NCBI GenBank assembly: GCA_965231035.1
Contig: OZ246409.1
Span: forward strand, 661,101-693,100
Direction: 5' to 3'
From: an uncultured Muribaculaceae bacterium
GTDB lineage: Bacteria > Pseudomonadota > Alphaproteobacteria > Rs-D84
Length of the DNA stretch: 32,000 nucleotides
Shown here: positions 7,367-16,200 of the stretch, one piece after another
Layout of the letters: every line of letters begins with the position of its first letter
How positions within the stretch are numbered: the stretch's first letter is position 1
The notes under the pieces: model-generated
Told to the model about the DNA's origin: nothing
The model's input: the letters and a program-made list of their open reading frames with translations, nothing else
The model's database searches: none
Translations under genes and position numbers: made by a program

Positions 7367-8839
7367 TTACTGTATCCTGACCACGTGGCAGCTGGTGCCC
7401 GAGAATTTCAACATTTGATCACATAGTTTTTGTGCAGTGTCAATATCTGACAATGGACCAATTCGTAAACGATACAAACGTGCAGTAGCGGAATCTGAAC
7501 CCAGTTCGCCAACACCATGTTCATCAACTGCAAAGAATACCATACTCTTATAAGGTGTTAAAATTCCTTTGCCGTCTTCTCCGCTGAATTTAGCCATCAA
7601 ATCTGTCCAATAATCGTTCAATGCCTTGACCGAGGTATCAGATTTTAATTCCACAGCAACACCAGATTGATTACTGGATATCAATGGAATATTTGTTTGT
7701 GGTAAATAAGCCCCAGCAGTATTTCTTTCTGTTGGTAACATATTTACACCTTGGGTTGAACCACTGTAAGAACCAGAAACTGAAGAAACATTTGATGTAC
7801 CATAATTTACAGTTGGTGCAACACCATAACCATTTGTTGAAACAACAGCAGCACCGGTTCCATTATAAGTTACGTTATTCAAAGATTGTCCAGAAGACAT
7901 GCTTTGGGCAACGTTTGCTTCGGCCAATGCCATTACACTGTTTGTGTCTGTGATCAAGAATGGTTTTTCACGTTTCTTGATACAAACAATTCTTTGACCT
8001 GAACGCAATATCATATCGCCAACAGCTTCGACAATTAATAATCTGCCGTTTTCACCGTCTGTGCGGAAACCAACCGGGCTTTCGCCACCTTCGACCAACA
8101 GCGATACAACTGGGCGTTGGGTCATTGCAATTACTTTGTCACCGAAATCAATGTATGTGAATATTCTATCACGCCATACACGTTCTGGTGCAATTACGTA
8201 ATCATCTGGATTTGGAACAAATATATCCAAATCAAAACGGAATTCACTGGGGTCGATTTTCATAGATTTAATCCAACCATAATCTTCGCCATCAACACCG
8301 ACAGAAGAACTGCCAGTTGAAACTTTTTTAAATATAGAATTCATTCCCGCGGATTGTGATGCAGAACCAGAAGAACTTGGTAAACTAGAATTGCCATCTA
8401 AAACAATATCAACCTGGGAATATGTTATTTCACTGCTGTTCGCAGGTTCACTGCGTAAATAGAAGATGTATTTATTTCCGGACTTTCCGGTAACAATCAA
8501 ATTTGTATCTGCACCTTGGTTACTGCCAGCAGGTGTTACATACATTGAACGACCATTTTTCTGTGGATCGAATTCAAACAAGTCTTGGTTTCCAACAATA
8601 CCGTCCGCAATCTGTTCACCTTCGGGCAGGTTAATCATAGTGACCATCCCGTTGCGTAATTTAACAGGCAGAACACTGCCCGCAGTCCATGTCAATTGTG
8701 CGTATCCAGGCTTGGTACTGCCAGATGCCATATTTGCATTTGGATTATCCCAAGCATCTTGAACACCTTCGGCAAACGACGAACTTTGCAAACAAACCAA
8801 TGCAAGTATGAAAAAAATCGATAATTTTGAAAATTTCAT
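7367..8839 (-). CDS. virB9: VirB9/CagX/TrbG-family type IV secretion outer-membrane core protein with a C-terminal SPOR-like domain
   Basis: Signal peptide MKFSKLSIFFILALVCLQSSSFA|EG. VirB9 N-domain: MVTMINLPEGEQIADGIVGNQDLFEF...DTNLIVTGKSGNKYIFYLRSEP. VirB9 C-domain: RIFTYIDFGDKV...RPVVSLLVEGGESPVGFRTDGENGRLLIVEAV. The start is trimmed from the ORF-track 8917, which overlapped virB8, to the ATG at 8839 preceded by AAGGAA. Confidence 0.8.
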   Translation of the reverse strand: MKFSKLSIFFILALVCLQSSSFAEGVQDAWDNPNANMASGSTKPGYAQLTWTAGSVLPVKLRNGMVTMINLPEGEQIADGIVGNQDLFEFDPQKNGRSMYVTPAGSNQGADTNLIVTGKSGNKYIFYLRSEPANSSEITYSQVDIVLDGNSSLPSSSGSASQSAGMNSIFKKVSTGSSSVGVDGEDYGWIKSMKIDPSEFRFDLDIFVPNPDDYVIAPERVWRDRIFTYIDFGDKVIAMTQRPVVSLLVEGGESPVGFRTDGENGRLLIVEAVGDMILRSGQRIVCIKKREKPFLITDTNSVMALAEANVAQSMSSGQSLNNVTYNGTGAAVVSTNGYGVAPTVNYGTSNVSSVSGSYSGSTQGVNMLPTERNTAGAYLPQTNIPLISSNQSGVAVELKSDTSVKALNDYWTDLMAKFSGEDGKGILTPYKSMVFFAVDEHGVGELGSDSATARLYRLRIGPLSDIDTAQKLCDQMLKFSGTSCHVVRIQ

Positions 8840-8867
8840 GACAGTTCCTTTATTAACTTTCTCTGCT

Positions 8868-9581
8868 TTAATTAATTGTTTCTGAAATCCATTTAAATTC
8901 CAGAGGATCTTCTTCACCGGATTCCACTTTGTATTCGGAAACCCGAATTCCCAAAGGATTATCCAGCCGATCAGTCCATTTTATTTTATTTCCTAATTCC
9001 AATTTCAGTATGATTGTATAATCTTTTTGATACTTCTGTCCATCACTATTTGTGCAGAAATATCTAAAACTTACCGCATAGGTATCCAACTCACCGGTTT
9101 TCTTATTTTCTCTGTGTGGGGCAATTCCTGTAAACTCAACAGGGCAATGAAATTCAAAATCTGGAACCTCGTCCATATATGCCGTCCACATCTGGGTTTT
9201 TGCAAAATTTGCATATACCTCTGGCGTGCTCCACATATAAACGGTTCCGTCTTCGCTGGCAGACCATTTCTTTTGCATAACACCGGCATTTGGAATAATT
9301 TCGTTTCTGGCCTTGATATATTCTTTTATAAAAGCCTGTTTGTAAAACTCGATATTTTCTTCGTTTGGTGAAAAAGATGAAAGTTTGATTTCTAAATCAC
9401 TTCTGGGTTGAGTGGTCAAGAAAAAGACTTGGGTTTTGTTCAAAGGATACATTTTTACCAATGTTACAACAAGAACAATCACAACAACCAAAGCTGCTGA
9501 AAAAACAAAAGTCATCAATCTGGATAGCAAAATCGGTGGTTCTACACTTTCTGACACTGGCCTATCTCTCCCTTCGTCCAA
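8868..9581 (-). CDS. virB8: VirB8-family type IV secretion inner-membrane protein
   Basis: About 230 aa with one N-terminal TM (FVFSAALVVVIVLVVTLV) and a periplasmic domain with FIKEYIKARNEI. The conserved VirB8 NPxG motif lies near the C-terminus (DNPLGIRVSEYKV). The start is uncertain: TTG at 9581, GTG at 9557 (preceded by GGGAGAG), or ATG at 9515. Confidence 0.75.
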   Translation of the reverse strand: MDEGRDRPVSESVEPPILLSRLMTFVFSAALVVVIVLVVTLVKMYPLNKTQVFFLTTQPRSDLEIKLSSFSPNEENIEFYKQAFIKEYIKARNEIIPNAGVMQKKWSASEDGTVYMWSTPEVYANFAKTQMWTAYMDEVPDFEFHCPVEFTGIAPHRENKKTGELDTYAVSFRYFCTNSDGQKYQKDYTIILKLELGNKIKWTDRLDNPLGIRVSEYKVESGEEDPLEFKWISETIN

Positions 9582-9749
9582 AGATTGTAGAAAAAAAACG
9601 CATTGTCACGCAAGTGAAAAATTGAATATTTTCAAAGATAAAATTATAAAATATCAGCTTTTTGTTAATTTTGTGAAAGAACTGTGTAACAAATTTTATT
9701 TTAATTATTGTTTTTACTGGGCTAAGTGTTTTTTTGTTTAACTTTTCGC

Positions 9750-9778
9750 TTGCGCTGGTTTATTTAAAGCTTTATAAT
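9750..9778 (+). promoter_or_regulatory. putative sigma70 promoter for tRNA-Trp-secE-nusG
   Basis: TTGCGC (9750-9755), exactly 17 nt, TATAAT (9773-9778), about 120 nt upstream of tRNA-Trp. Confidence 0.45.
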
Positions 9779-9899
9779 ACTTTCCGCTTGATTTTTAGTT
9801 ACAGTGTGCTATCTTGGCACGAGTTAATGATTTAAAAAGCGGTGTTTTTGGCAGATTTTGCAGTGATTTTAACTGGCTATTTCTGTCGGGGAAACTATT

Positions 9900-9973
9900 A
9901 GGGGCATAGTTCAACGGTAGAATATCGGTCTCCAAAACCGCGGATGAGGGTTCGATTCCTTCTGCCCCTGCCA
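9900..9973 (+). tRNA. trnW: tRNA-Trp (anticodon CCA)
   Basis: Manual cloverleaf fold. Acceptor AGGGGCA/TGCCCCT, anticodon loop CTCCAAA, T-arm GAGGGTTCGATTCCTTC, encoded 3' CCA. It has the canonical position just upstream of secE. Confidence 0.92.
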
Positions 9974-10057
9974 GATTTGACAAGCTGTAATAACAGGCTT
10001 GTCGGGTCAAAAGAACGAGAAAAGTGGTGTTTTACTGCCAGTAAAATCGGAAAATTT

Positions 10058-10237
10058 ATGAAAAAATTGCTTGAATATATTAAATCGGTAAGAAGTGAAT
10101 GGTTCAAAATTGTATGGCCTTCACGCGATACAGTTATTCGCACAACTGGTATGATTTTTTTATTTTCCGCAGCAGCAGCATTGTTTTTCTTTTTAACAGA
10201 CAGTGTGTTGCACACTATTGTTGGTTGGATTTTCTAA
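10058..10237 (+). CDS. secE: preprotein translocase subunit SecE (short single-TM form)
   Basis: 59 aa: MKKLLEYIKSVRSEWFKIVWPSRDTVIRTTGMIFLFSAAAALFFFLTDSVL. The K.V..E..KV.WPsr motif plus one TM match SecE, and the gene lies between tRNA-Trp and nusG. The ORF-track start at 9944 overlaps the tRNA and is rejected. Confidence 0.88.
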   Translation: MKKLLEYIKSVRSEWFKIVWPSRDTVIRTTGMIFLFSAAAALFFFLTDSVLHTIVGWIF

Positions 10238-10258
10238 ACGGGACAAAGAGGGCTTTTA

Positions 10259-10792
10259 ATGGAAGGCAATATGCAGTGGTTTGTCGTAAATGTTCACACC
10301 GGTTGCGAAGACAAAGTCGCACGCGGATTACGCGAACAAATTGATAAACGTCGTTTGAACGCTTTGTTCGGAGAAATTCTGGTTCCTGTACGTGAAGTTA
10401 CGGAAATTAAAGCCGGCAAACGTGTAAAGAGTGAAAAGAAATTTTTTCCTGGATATATTGTTGTTCAAATGGTTATGACAAACGAAACTTTCAGCTTGGT
10501 TAAATTAATGCCTCAGGTTGTTATGTTCTTGGGTCAAAAGAATAAACCAATTGCCGTCGGCGAAGACGAAGCCCGCAGATTACAAAAGCAAGTAGAAGAG
10601 GGCGGTGTCATATCTGAAATTCAGGAATACGAAGTTGGTCAAGAAGTTCATGTTATTGACGGACCTTTTGCAAATTTCAACGGTGTTGTATCCGAAGTTG
10701 ATAATTTGAAACAAAAGATGACTGTTAAAATTTTGGTATTTGGTCGTGAAACCAGTGTTGCATTGGAATTCAGCCAAGTAGAAAAAGTTTAG
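10259..10792 (+). CDS. nusG: transcription termination/antitermination factor NusG
   Basis: 177 aa with an NGN domain (WFVVNVHTGCEDKV, FPGYIVVQM) and a KOW motif (GQEVHVIDGPFANFNGVVSEV). SD is AAGAGGG. Confidence 0.95.
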   Translation: MEGNMQWFVVNVHTGCEDKVARGLREQIDKRRLNALFGEILVPVREVTEIKAGKRVKSEKKFFPGYIVVQMVMTNETFSLVKLMPQVVMFLGQKNKPIAVGEDEARRLQKQVEEGGVISEIQEYEVGQEVHVIDGPFANFNGVVSEVDNLKQKMTVKILVFGRETSVALEFSQVEKV

Positions 10793-10911
10793 TCACAAAG
10801 AAATTTGTGACAGACGCGGATCGCGTCACTTGTGGAAGATGCGCCACATCGAACCACAACACTAACCACGATAAGATGAATGTCTTATCAAAATAAAAAT
10901 GGAGTGATAAA
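10792..10911 (+). promoter_or_regulatory. structured leader of the rplK-rplA operon (candidate L1-autoregulatory leader / attenuator)
   Basis: Hairpin gtcacaaa-GAAA-tttgtgac (10792-10811). Its 3' arm can alternatively pair with gtcac at 10825-10829. Further stems are gacgcg/cgcgtc, tgtgg/ccaca and gataaga/tcttatc. The functional assignment is by position only. Confidence 0.4.
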
Positions 10912-11343
10912 ATGGCAAAAAAAGAAGTTAAGGGATTGGTCAAACTGGTCGTCCCTGCTAAACAGGCTAACCCTGCGCCTCCAATTGGACCAGCACTGGG
11001 TGCCGCCGGCGTTAATATCGCCGAATTCTGCAAACAATTTAATGACAAGACATCTGATAAAGAACCAGGAATGCCAATTCCTTGTATTATCACTGTTTAT
11101 ACAGATCGCAGCTTTGAATTTATTATGAAGTTGCCTCCGGTTTCTTATTATATTAAGAAAGCTTTGAAACTGAAATCTGGATCAAAAAAACCAGGTCGTG
11201 ATTTTGTTGGCACTATTAAAATGGACCAGATTAAAAAAATCGCAGAAGATAAAATGCCGGATTTGAATTGCTCTACCATTGAAGCTGCTTGCAACATCGT
11301 AGCAGGTCAATGCCGTTCTATGGGCGTAAAGGTGGAGGAATAA
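10912..11343 (+). CDS. rplK: 50S ribosomal protein L11
   Basis: 143 aa. The motif [30 protein letters not shown] is the L11 signature. Confidence 0.97.
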   Translation: MAKKEVKGLVKLVVPAKQANPAPPIGPALGAAGVNIAEFCKQFNDKTSDKEPGMPIPCIITVYTDRSFEFIMKLPPVSYYIKKALKLKSGSKKPGRDFVGTIKMDQIKKIAEDKMPDLNCSTIEAACNIVAGQCRSMGVKVEE

Positions 11344-11346
11344 TCA

Positions 11347-12021
11347 ATGAAAGTTACAAAAAGACAAAAAACTTGGGGTGTATTGGATGCTGAAAAAGTT
11401 TACAGCATGAATGACGCTATTGAAACTTTGCGTGGATATTGCTCTAAGAAATTTGATGAAACTTTGGAAATCGCAATTCGTTTGGGTATCGATATAACCA
11501 AGGCCGATCAGAATATTCGTGGAATGTTGTCTTTGCCACATGGCACAGGTAAAAAGGTTCGCGTTGCAGTTTTCACAAACGATAAACAAGCTGATGCAAA
11601 AAAAGCAGGGGCTGATATTGTCGGTGGTGATGAACTGATTGAAAAAGTAGCAGGTGGTTTTATTGAGTTTGATCGTGTTATTGCAACACCAGACATGATG
11701 CCAAAAATGTCCAAAGTAGCCCGAGTATTGGGTCCAAAAGGACTGATGCCGAACCCAAAATTGGGAACTGTTACAAACAACGTTGCCGAAGCAATTGCAA
11801 CCGCCAAGGCTGGTCAGATTGAATACCGTCCTGAAAAGACAGGTATCATTCATGCTGGTATCGGCAAGATGTCGTTCACAACAGACAAGTTGGTTGATAA
11901 TGCAAACGCATTGATTGATCAATTGAAAAAGGTAAAACCTTCTTCTTCTAAGGGTCAATATATTTTGGGTTGCAGCATTGCAACAACCCAGGGACCTGGT
12001 TTGAAAGTAGAAGCAAAATAA
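11347..12021 (+). CDS. rplA: 50S ribosomal protein L1
   Basis: 224 aa with the L1 hallmarks LPHGTGKKVRVAVF and GPKGLMPNPKLGTVT. The GGAGGA SD lies inside the rplK 3' end. Confidence 0.97.
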   Translation: MKVTKRQKTWGVLDAEKVYSMNDAIETLRGYCSKKFDETLEIAIRLGIDITKADQNIRGMLSLPHGTGKKVRVAVFTNDKQADAKKAGADIVGGDELIEKVAGGFIEFDRVIATPDMMPKMSKVARVLGPKGLMPNPKLGTVTNNVAEAIATAKAGQIEYRPEKTGIIHAGIGKMSFTTDKLVDNANALIDQLKKVKPSSSKGQYILGCSIATTQGPGLKVEAK

Positions 12022-12228
12022 TCTTTTGGTGAAATAATTTCACCAAAAGAAAAACAAATTTCTGTCCGAGACTGATGGTGTCGCAAGACTTAATTACCAT
12101 CATAGACAAAGAGATAAAAATCTTTGGGGCAGGAAAAAGCCCCATTACGCCAAAGCATTTGCGACGGCGAATGGAAAATTAACCAAGACACTTTTAGATA
12201 GTGTCGGAAGCTTAAGGAAAATGATAAG
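12022..12228 (+). promoter_or_regulatory. structured rplJ leader (candidate L10(L12)4 autoregulatory leader)
   Basis: Perfect 13-bp hairpin tcttttggtgaaa-taa-tttcaccaaaaga (12022-12050). Further stems are gatggt/accatc, ggggc/gcccc (12126-12143) and gacact/agtgtc (12187-12205). The position matches the known L10 leader. I could not run a covariance-model search. Confidence 0.45.
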
Positions 12229-12708
12229 ATGAGACGCGAAGAAAAATCAGACTTGATTTCAGCGTTGCAGTCGTCATTGCAAAAAGCAAATGGTATTTTC
12301 GTTGTCGAAAATCATGGGCTTACTGTTAAAGAAACAGAAGAATTGCGTAAAGAATTACGTGGTTTGGTTTCTGTTTTCAAAGTAGTAAAAAACCGCTTGA
12401 TGAAACTGGCATTGAAAGATACCGATTTTGCAGCTGTATCCGATTTGATGAAACGTCCAACAGCTGTTGCAGTTGCAACAGATGCTTTGGCAGTTACAAA
12501 GGTTTTGGCAAAATTTGCAGAAACCCATCCTAACTTGACCATCGTTGGCGGAAAAATGGATGCAGATTTATTGAATGCAGATGGCATTATGCAATTATCC
12601 AAGCTTCCATCACTGTTGGAAATTCGTGGTACAATCGCACGTATATTGGTAGAACCAGCATCACGCATTGCACGTGTTTCAGCAGAGTATGGAAAAAAAC
12701 AATCATAA
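12229..12708 (+). CDS. rplJ: 50S ribosomal protein L10
   Basis: 159 aa. Family-typical N-terminus (REEKSDLISALQSSLQKANGIFVVENHGLTVKETEELRKELR) and position between rplA and rplL. Confidence 0.95.
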   Translation: MRREEKSDLISALQSSLQKANGIFVVENHGLTVKETEELRKELRGLVSVFKVVKNRLMKLALKDTDFAAVSDLMKRPTAVAVATDALAVTKVLAKFAETHPNLTIVGGKMDADLLNADGIMQLSKLPSLLEIRGTIARILVEPASRIARVSAEYGKKQS

Positions 12709-12757
12709 AGTTGATTTGAAAATTCAACTTTAATAAAAAAACTTATGGAGTACTAAC

Positions 12758-13123
12758 ATGGCAGATATCAAGAAATTAGTTGATGAATTGTCAAAATTGA
12801 GCGTTTTGGAAGCAGTTGAATTATCCAAAGCGTTGGAAGAAACTTGGGGCGTTTCCGCAGCCGCTGCAGTAGCAGTAGCAGCAGGTCCAGCCGCAGCCGC
12901 AGCTGAGGAAAAGACTGAATTTGATGTTGTCTTGACAGATGCAGGCAGCAACAAGTTGGGTGTTATCAAAGCTGTAAAAGACATCACAGGCCTGGGTCTG
13001 GGTGAAGCAAAAACTTTGGTTGAATCTGCACCAAAGACAGTAAAAGAAGCCGTTGCAAAAGCTGACGCTGAAAAAATGAAAGCGACAATTGAAGCAGCTG
13101 GTGGAAAAGTAGATTTGAAATAA
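12758..13123 (+). CDS. rplL: 50S ribosomal protein L7/L12
   Basis: 121 aa with an Ala-rich hinge ([19 protein letters not shown]) and a conserved C-terminal domain ([32 protein letters not shown]). Confidence 0.97.
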   Translation: MADIKKLVDELSKLSVLEAVELSKALEETWGVSAAAAVAVAAGPAAAAAEEKTEFDVVLTDAGSNKLGVIKAVKDITGLGLGEAKTLVESAPKTVKEAVAKADAEKMKATIEAAGGKVDLK

Positions 13124-13136
13124 ATCTGCAGAGTTA

Positions 13137-13170
13137 AAAGCCCAAGATACTTTAATGTATCTGGGGCTTT
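13137..13170 (+). terminator. partial terminator/attenuator between rplL and rpoB
   Basis: 14-bp stem with one A/G mismatch (aaagcccaagatac / gtatctggggcttt), a 6-nt loop and a T-rich 3' flank. An attenuator at this junction is well known in E. coli. Confidence 0.5.
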
Positions 13171-13277
13171 GGCTCGTTTTAGATAGTTCTGAAATTGCAA
13201 AAACAATTTTTGAATTATTGTATGATTTAAAATGATTACGGGACGCCGTAATCTGATATGCGACAAAGGAGCATTGA

Positions 13278-16200
13278 ATGGCAGTTATCCAGAAACTTAG
13301 AAAATCTTTTGGTAAAAGCTTTTTGCAAACACCACTTCCAGATCTTGTTGAAATTCAATACAACTCGTACAAAGATTTCTTGCAGACAGATGTGAAGCCA
13401 GAAGATCGTAAGAATATTGGTTTGCAAAGTGTATTTGCATCAATGTTCCCAATTAAAGATTATGCTGGTGTTGCTGATCTGGAATTTGTTGCGTACACAT
13501 TGGACAAACCTGTTTACAATGTAAAAGAATGCATGCTGCGTAATATGACTTATTCCAGCAAGTTGAAATTAAAGTTGCGTTTGATTTTGTGGGATGTTGC
13601 CGAAGATGGTAAAAAATCTTTGCGCGATATCAAAGAACAAGAAATATTTATGGGCGAAGTTCCATTGATGACAGAACGCGGAAGCTTTATCGCGTCAGGT
13701 GTTGAACGCGTTATCGTTTCACAAATGCATCGTGCCCAAGGTGTTGTTTTTGGAACAACAAAAGAATCCAAGGTTGCTGGAAATCCAACAACATATACCG
13801 CCAGAATTATTCCAGAACACGGCAGCTGGATTGATTTTGAAGAAGCCAAAGGTGTAATCTATGTTCGTATAGATCGCCGTCGCAAGATTCCTGCAACAGT
13901 TTTGTTACGTTGCTTGCCGGCTGCTGAAGATGAAAAGAAATGGGTTGCTGATCCACGCAAATCAACAATTCGTGGTATGTCAGATACAGAAATTCTGTCT
14001 GCTTTTTACAAAAAGATTCCTTTGTCTTTTGATGGAAAATTATGGACTGGTGAAACTGCTGTATTCGAAGGGTTGGAAAAATATCGTTTGAATTATGCTA
14101 TTTTGAATCCAAAAGACAAAAAGTCTATGGCAGAAAAAGGCGAACGTCTGAATTCAAAGAAACTGTCCAAGATTACATCGAAAACTTTTGGCATTTTGCC
14201 TGAATCTTTGGTTGGTGAATATTTATTCGAACCAATTACTGTTGGCGAAGAAGTTGCTTTTGCAGCTGGTACAGAAATCACAGAAGAAGTTTTGGCTGAT
14301 ATTGAAAAATTGAACATCAAAGAAATTTCTTTGATTTCAATTGATAATGCAACAATCGGTGCACATATCAGAAACACTGTTATTGCAGACAAAACAACAA
14401 ATCGTGAAGAAGGATTAATCGAAATTTACAATATTATCAGACCTGGTGAACGCCCAACATTGGAAGCAGCAATTAATCTGTTTATGCGTCAAGGGTTTGA
14501 AGCATCCTATTATGATTTGTCTGCTGTTGGTCGCTTTAAAATGAACAAGCGTTTGAAAATTAATTCTGGTAAAAATCCAGAAGATGAACGTTTGCTGACA
14601 AAATCTGATTTTATTACAGTATTAAAAACATTGGCAAACATCATTGATCACAAAGATACAATTGATGATATTGATAACTTGTCAAATCGTCGTGTTCGCA
14701 CAGTTGGCGAATTGTTGGAACAAACTTTCCGCACAGGTTTGGTTCGTATTGAACGCTTGGTTCGTGAAAGCTTGTCCAGTCCAAATATCGCAAACATGCA
14801 ACCACAAGATGTTATCAATGCAAAACCATTAATGTCTTTGATTTCAGAATTCTTGGGAACATCACAATTATCACAATTTATGGACGCACAAAATCCATTG
14901 GCAGAATTGGAACACAAACGTTTGATTTCTGCTTTGGGTCCTGGCGGATTGAATCGTGATCGTGCTGGTATTGATGTTCGTGACGTTCACCAAACTCACT
15001 ATGGTCGTCTATGTCCAATTCATACACCAGAAGGTGCAAATATTGGATTGATAAACCATTTGTCATCTTATGCACGTGTTAATCCTTATGGATTTATTGA
15101 AACACCTTACTATGTTGTTAAAAACGGTAAGATTACAGAAGAAAAAGTTTACCTGACTGCAGACGAAGAATTGGGACATAAAATTGCACAAGGAAATACT
15201 CCAACTACTGGAAACGGTACATTGACCGAAGAACACGTTACAGCACGTGTAGACGGTGAATTTACAATGGTTCCAAAAGAAGAAATTGATTTAATCGACG
15301 TTGAACCTCGTCAGGTAGTATCAATCGCAACTGGATTAATACCATTCGTTGAAAACGATGACGCGAACCGTGCTTTGATGGGATCAAATATGCAACGTCA
15401 GGCAGTTCCATTGATGCGCGTTGATTCTCCTTTGGTTGGAACTGGTATAGAACGCGAAGTTGCACGTGATTCACGCACAGGCAAAGTTGCAAAACACAGT
15501 GGTGTTGTTGAATCTGTTGATGCAAATCGTATTGTTATTAAATGTATGAACAGCCGTAATGTTGTAACAGGTGTTGATATTTATAACCTGGAAAAATTTG
15601 AACGTTCAAACAGTGAAACATTAATTCATCAAAAACCATTGGTCAAAGTTGGCGATCGTATTTCTGCTGGTGATATTATTGCAGACGGTTCTTCTATGAA
15701 CTATGGTGAATTGGCTTTGGGTAAAAACGTATTGGTTGCTTTTGTACCATGGCGCGGATATAACTACGAAGATTCTATTGTTATTTCTGAACGTATTTCA
15801 CGCGATGACGTTTTCACATCTATCAAGATTGTTGAAAAAGAATTCAAAGTTCGTGATACTCAATTAGGCCCAGAAAGCTTTACACGCGATATTCCAAACG
15901 TTGGCGAAGAAGCATTAAAAAACCTGGACGAATCTGGAATTATTTATATTGGTGCACGTGTAAAACAAGGCGATATTTTGGTTGGTCGTGTTTCTCCAAA
16001 ATCTGAAACTTTGCTGACCCCAGAAGAAGCTTTGCTGCGTAACATTTTTGGTGAAAAGGCACTGAACGTAAAAGATACTTCTTTGCGCGTTGGTGCAAAT
16101 GAAGAAGGAACCGTTATCGGTGTTAACGTTTTAACACGTCATGGTGTTAAAAAAGATGACCGTACACAGATGATTGAATTGCAAAAGATTGAAAAAATTA

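Noticed and set aside
8840-8917. N-terminal extension of virB9 overlapping the virB8 3' end.
   Set aside because: The internal ATG at 8839 is preceded by AAGGAA and begins a textbook signal peptide. The extension would bury that signal peptide.
5017-9581. Assignment of the three secretion genes to a Dot/Icm (type IVB: DotI-DotH-DotG) system.
   Set aside because: The first protein has the VirB8 NPxG motif and the VirB8-like FIKEYIxxR segment. The second has the VirB9 TNLxVxT..xxYxFxL motif. The third lacks DotG-type pentapeptide repeats. Type IVA (VirB-like) fits better, though a profile search should confirm this.
9795-10215. Minus-strand ORFs 9795-10010 and 9898-10215.
   Set aside because: They run antisense through tRNA-Trp and secE and have no SD. 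They are frame shadows.
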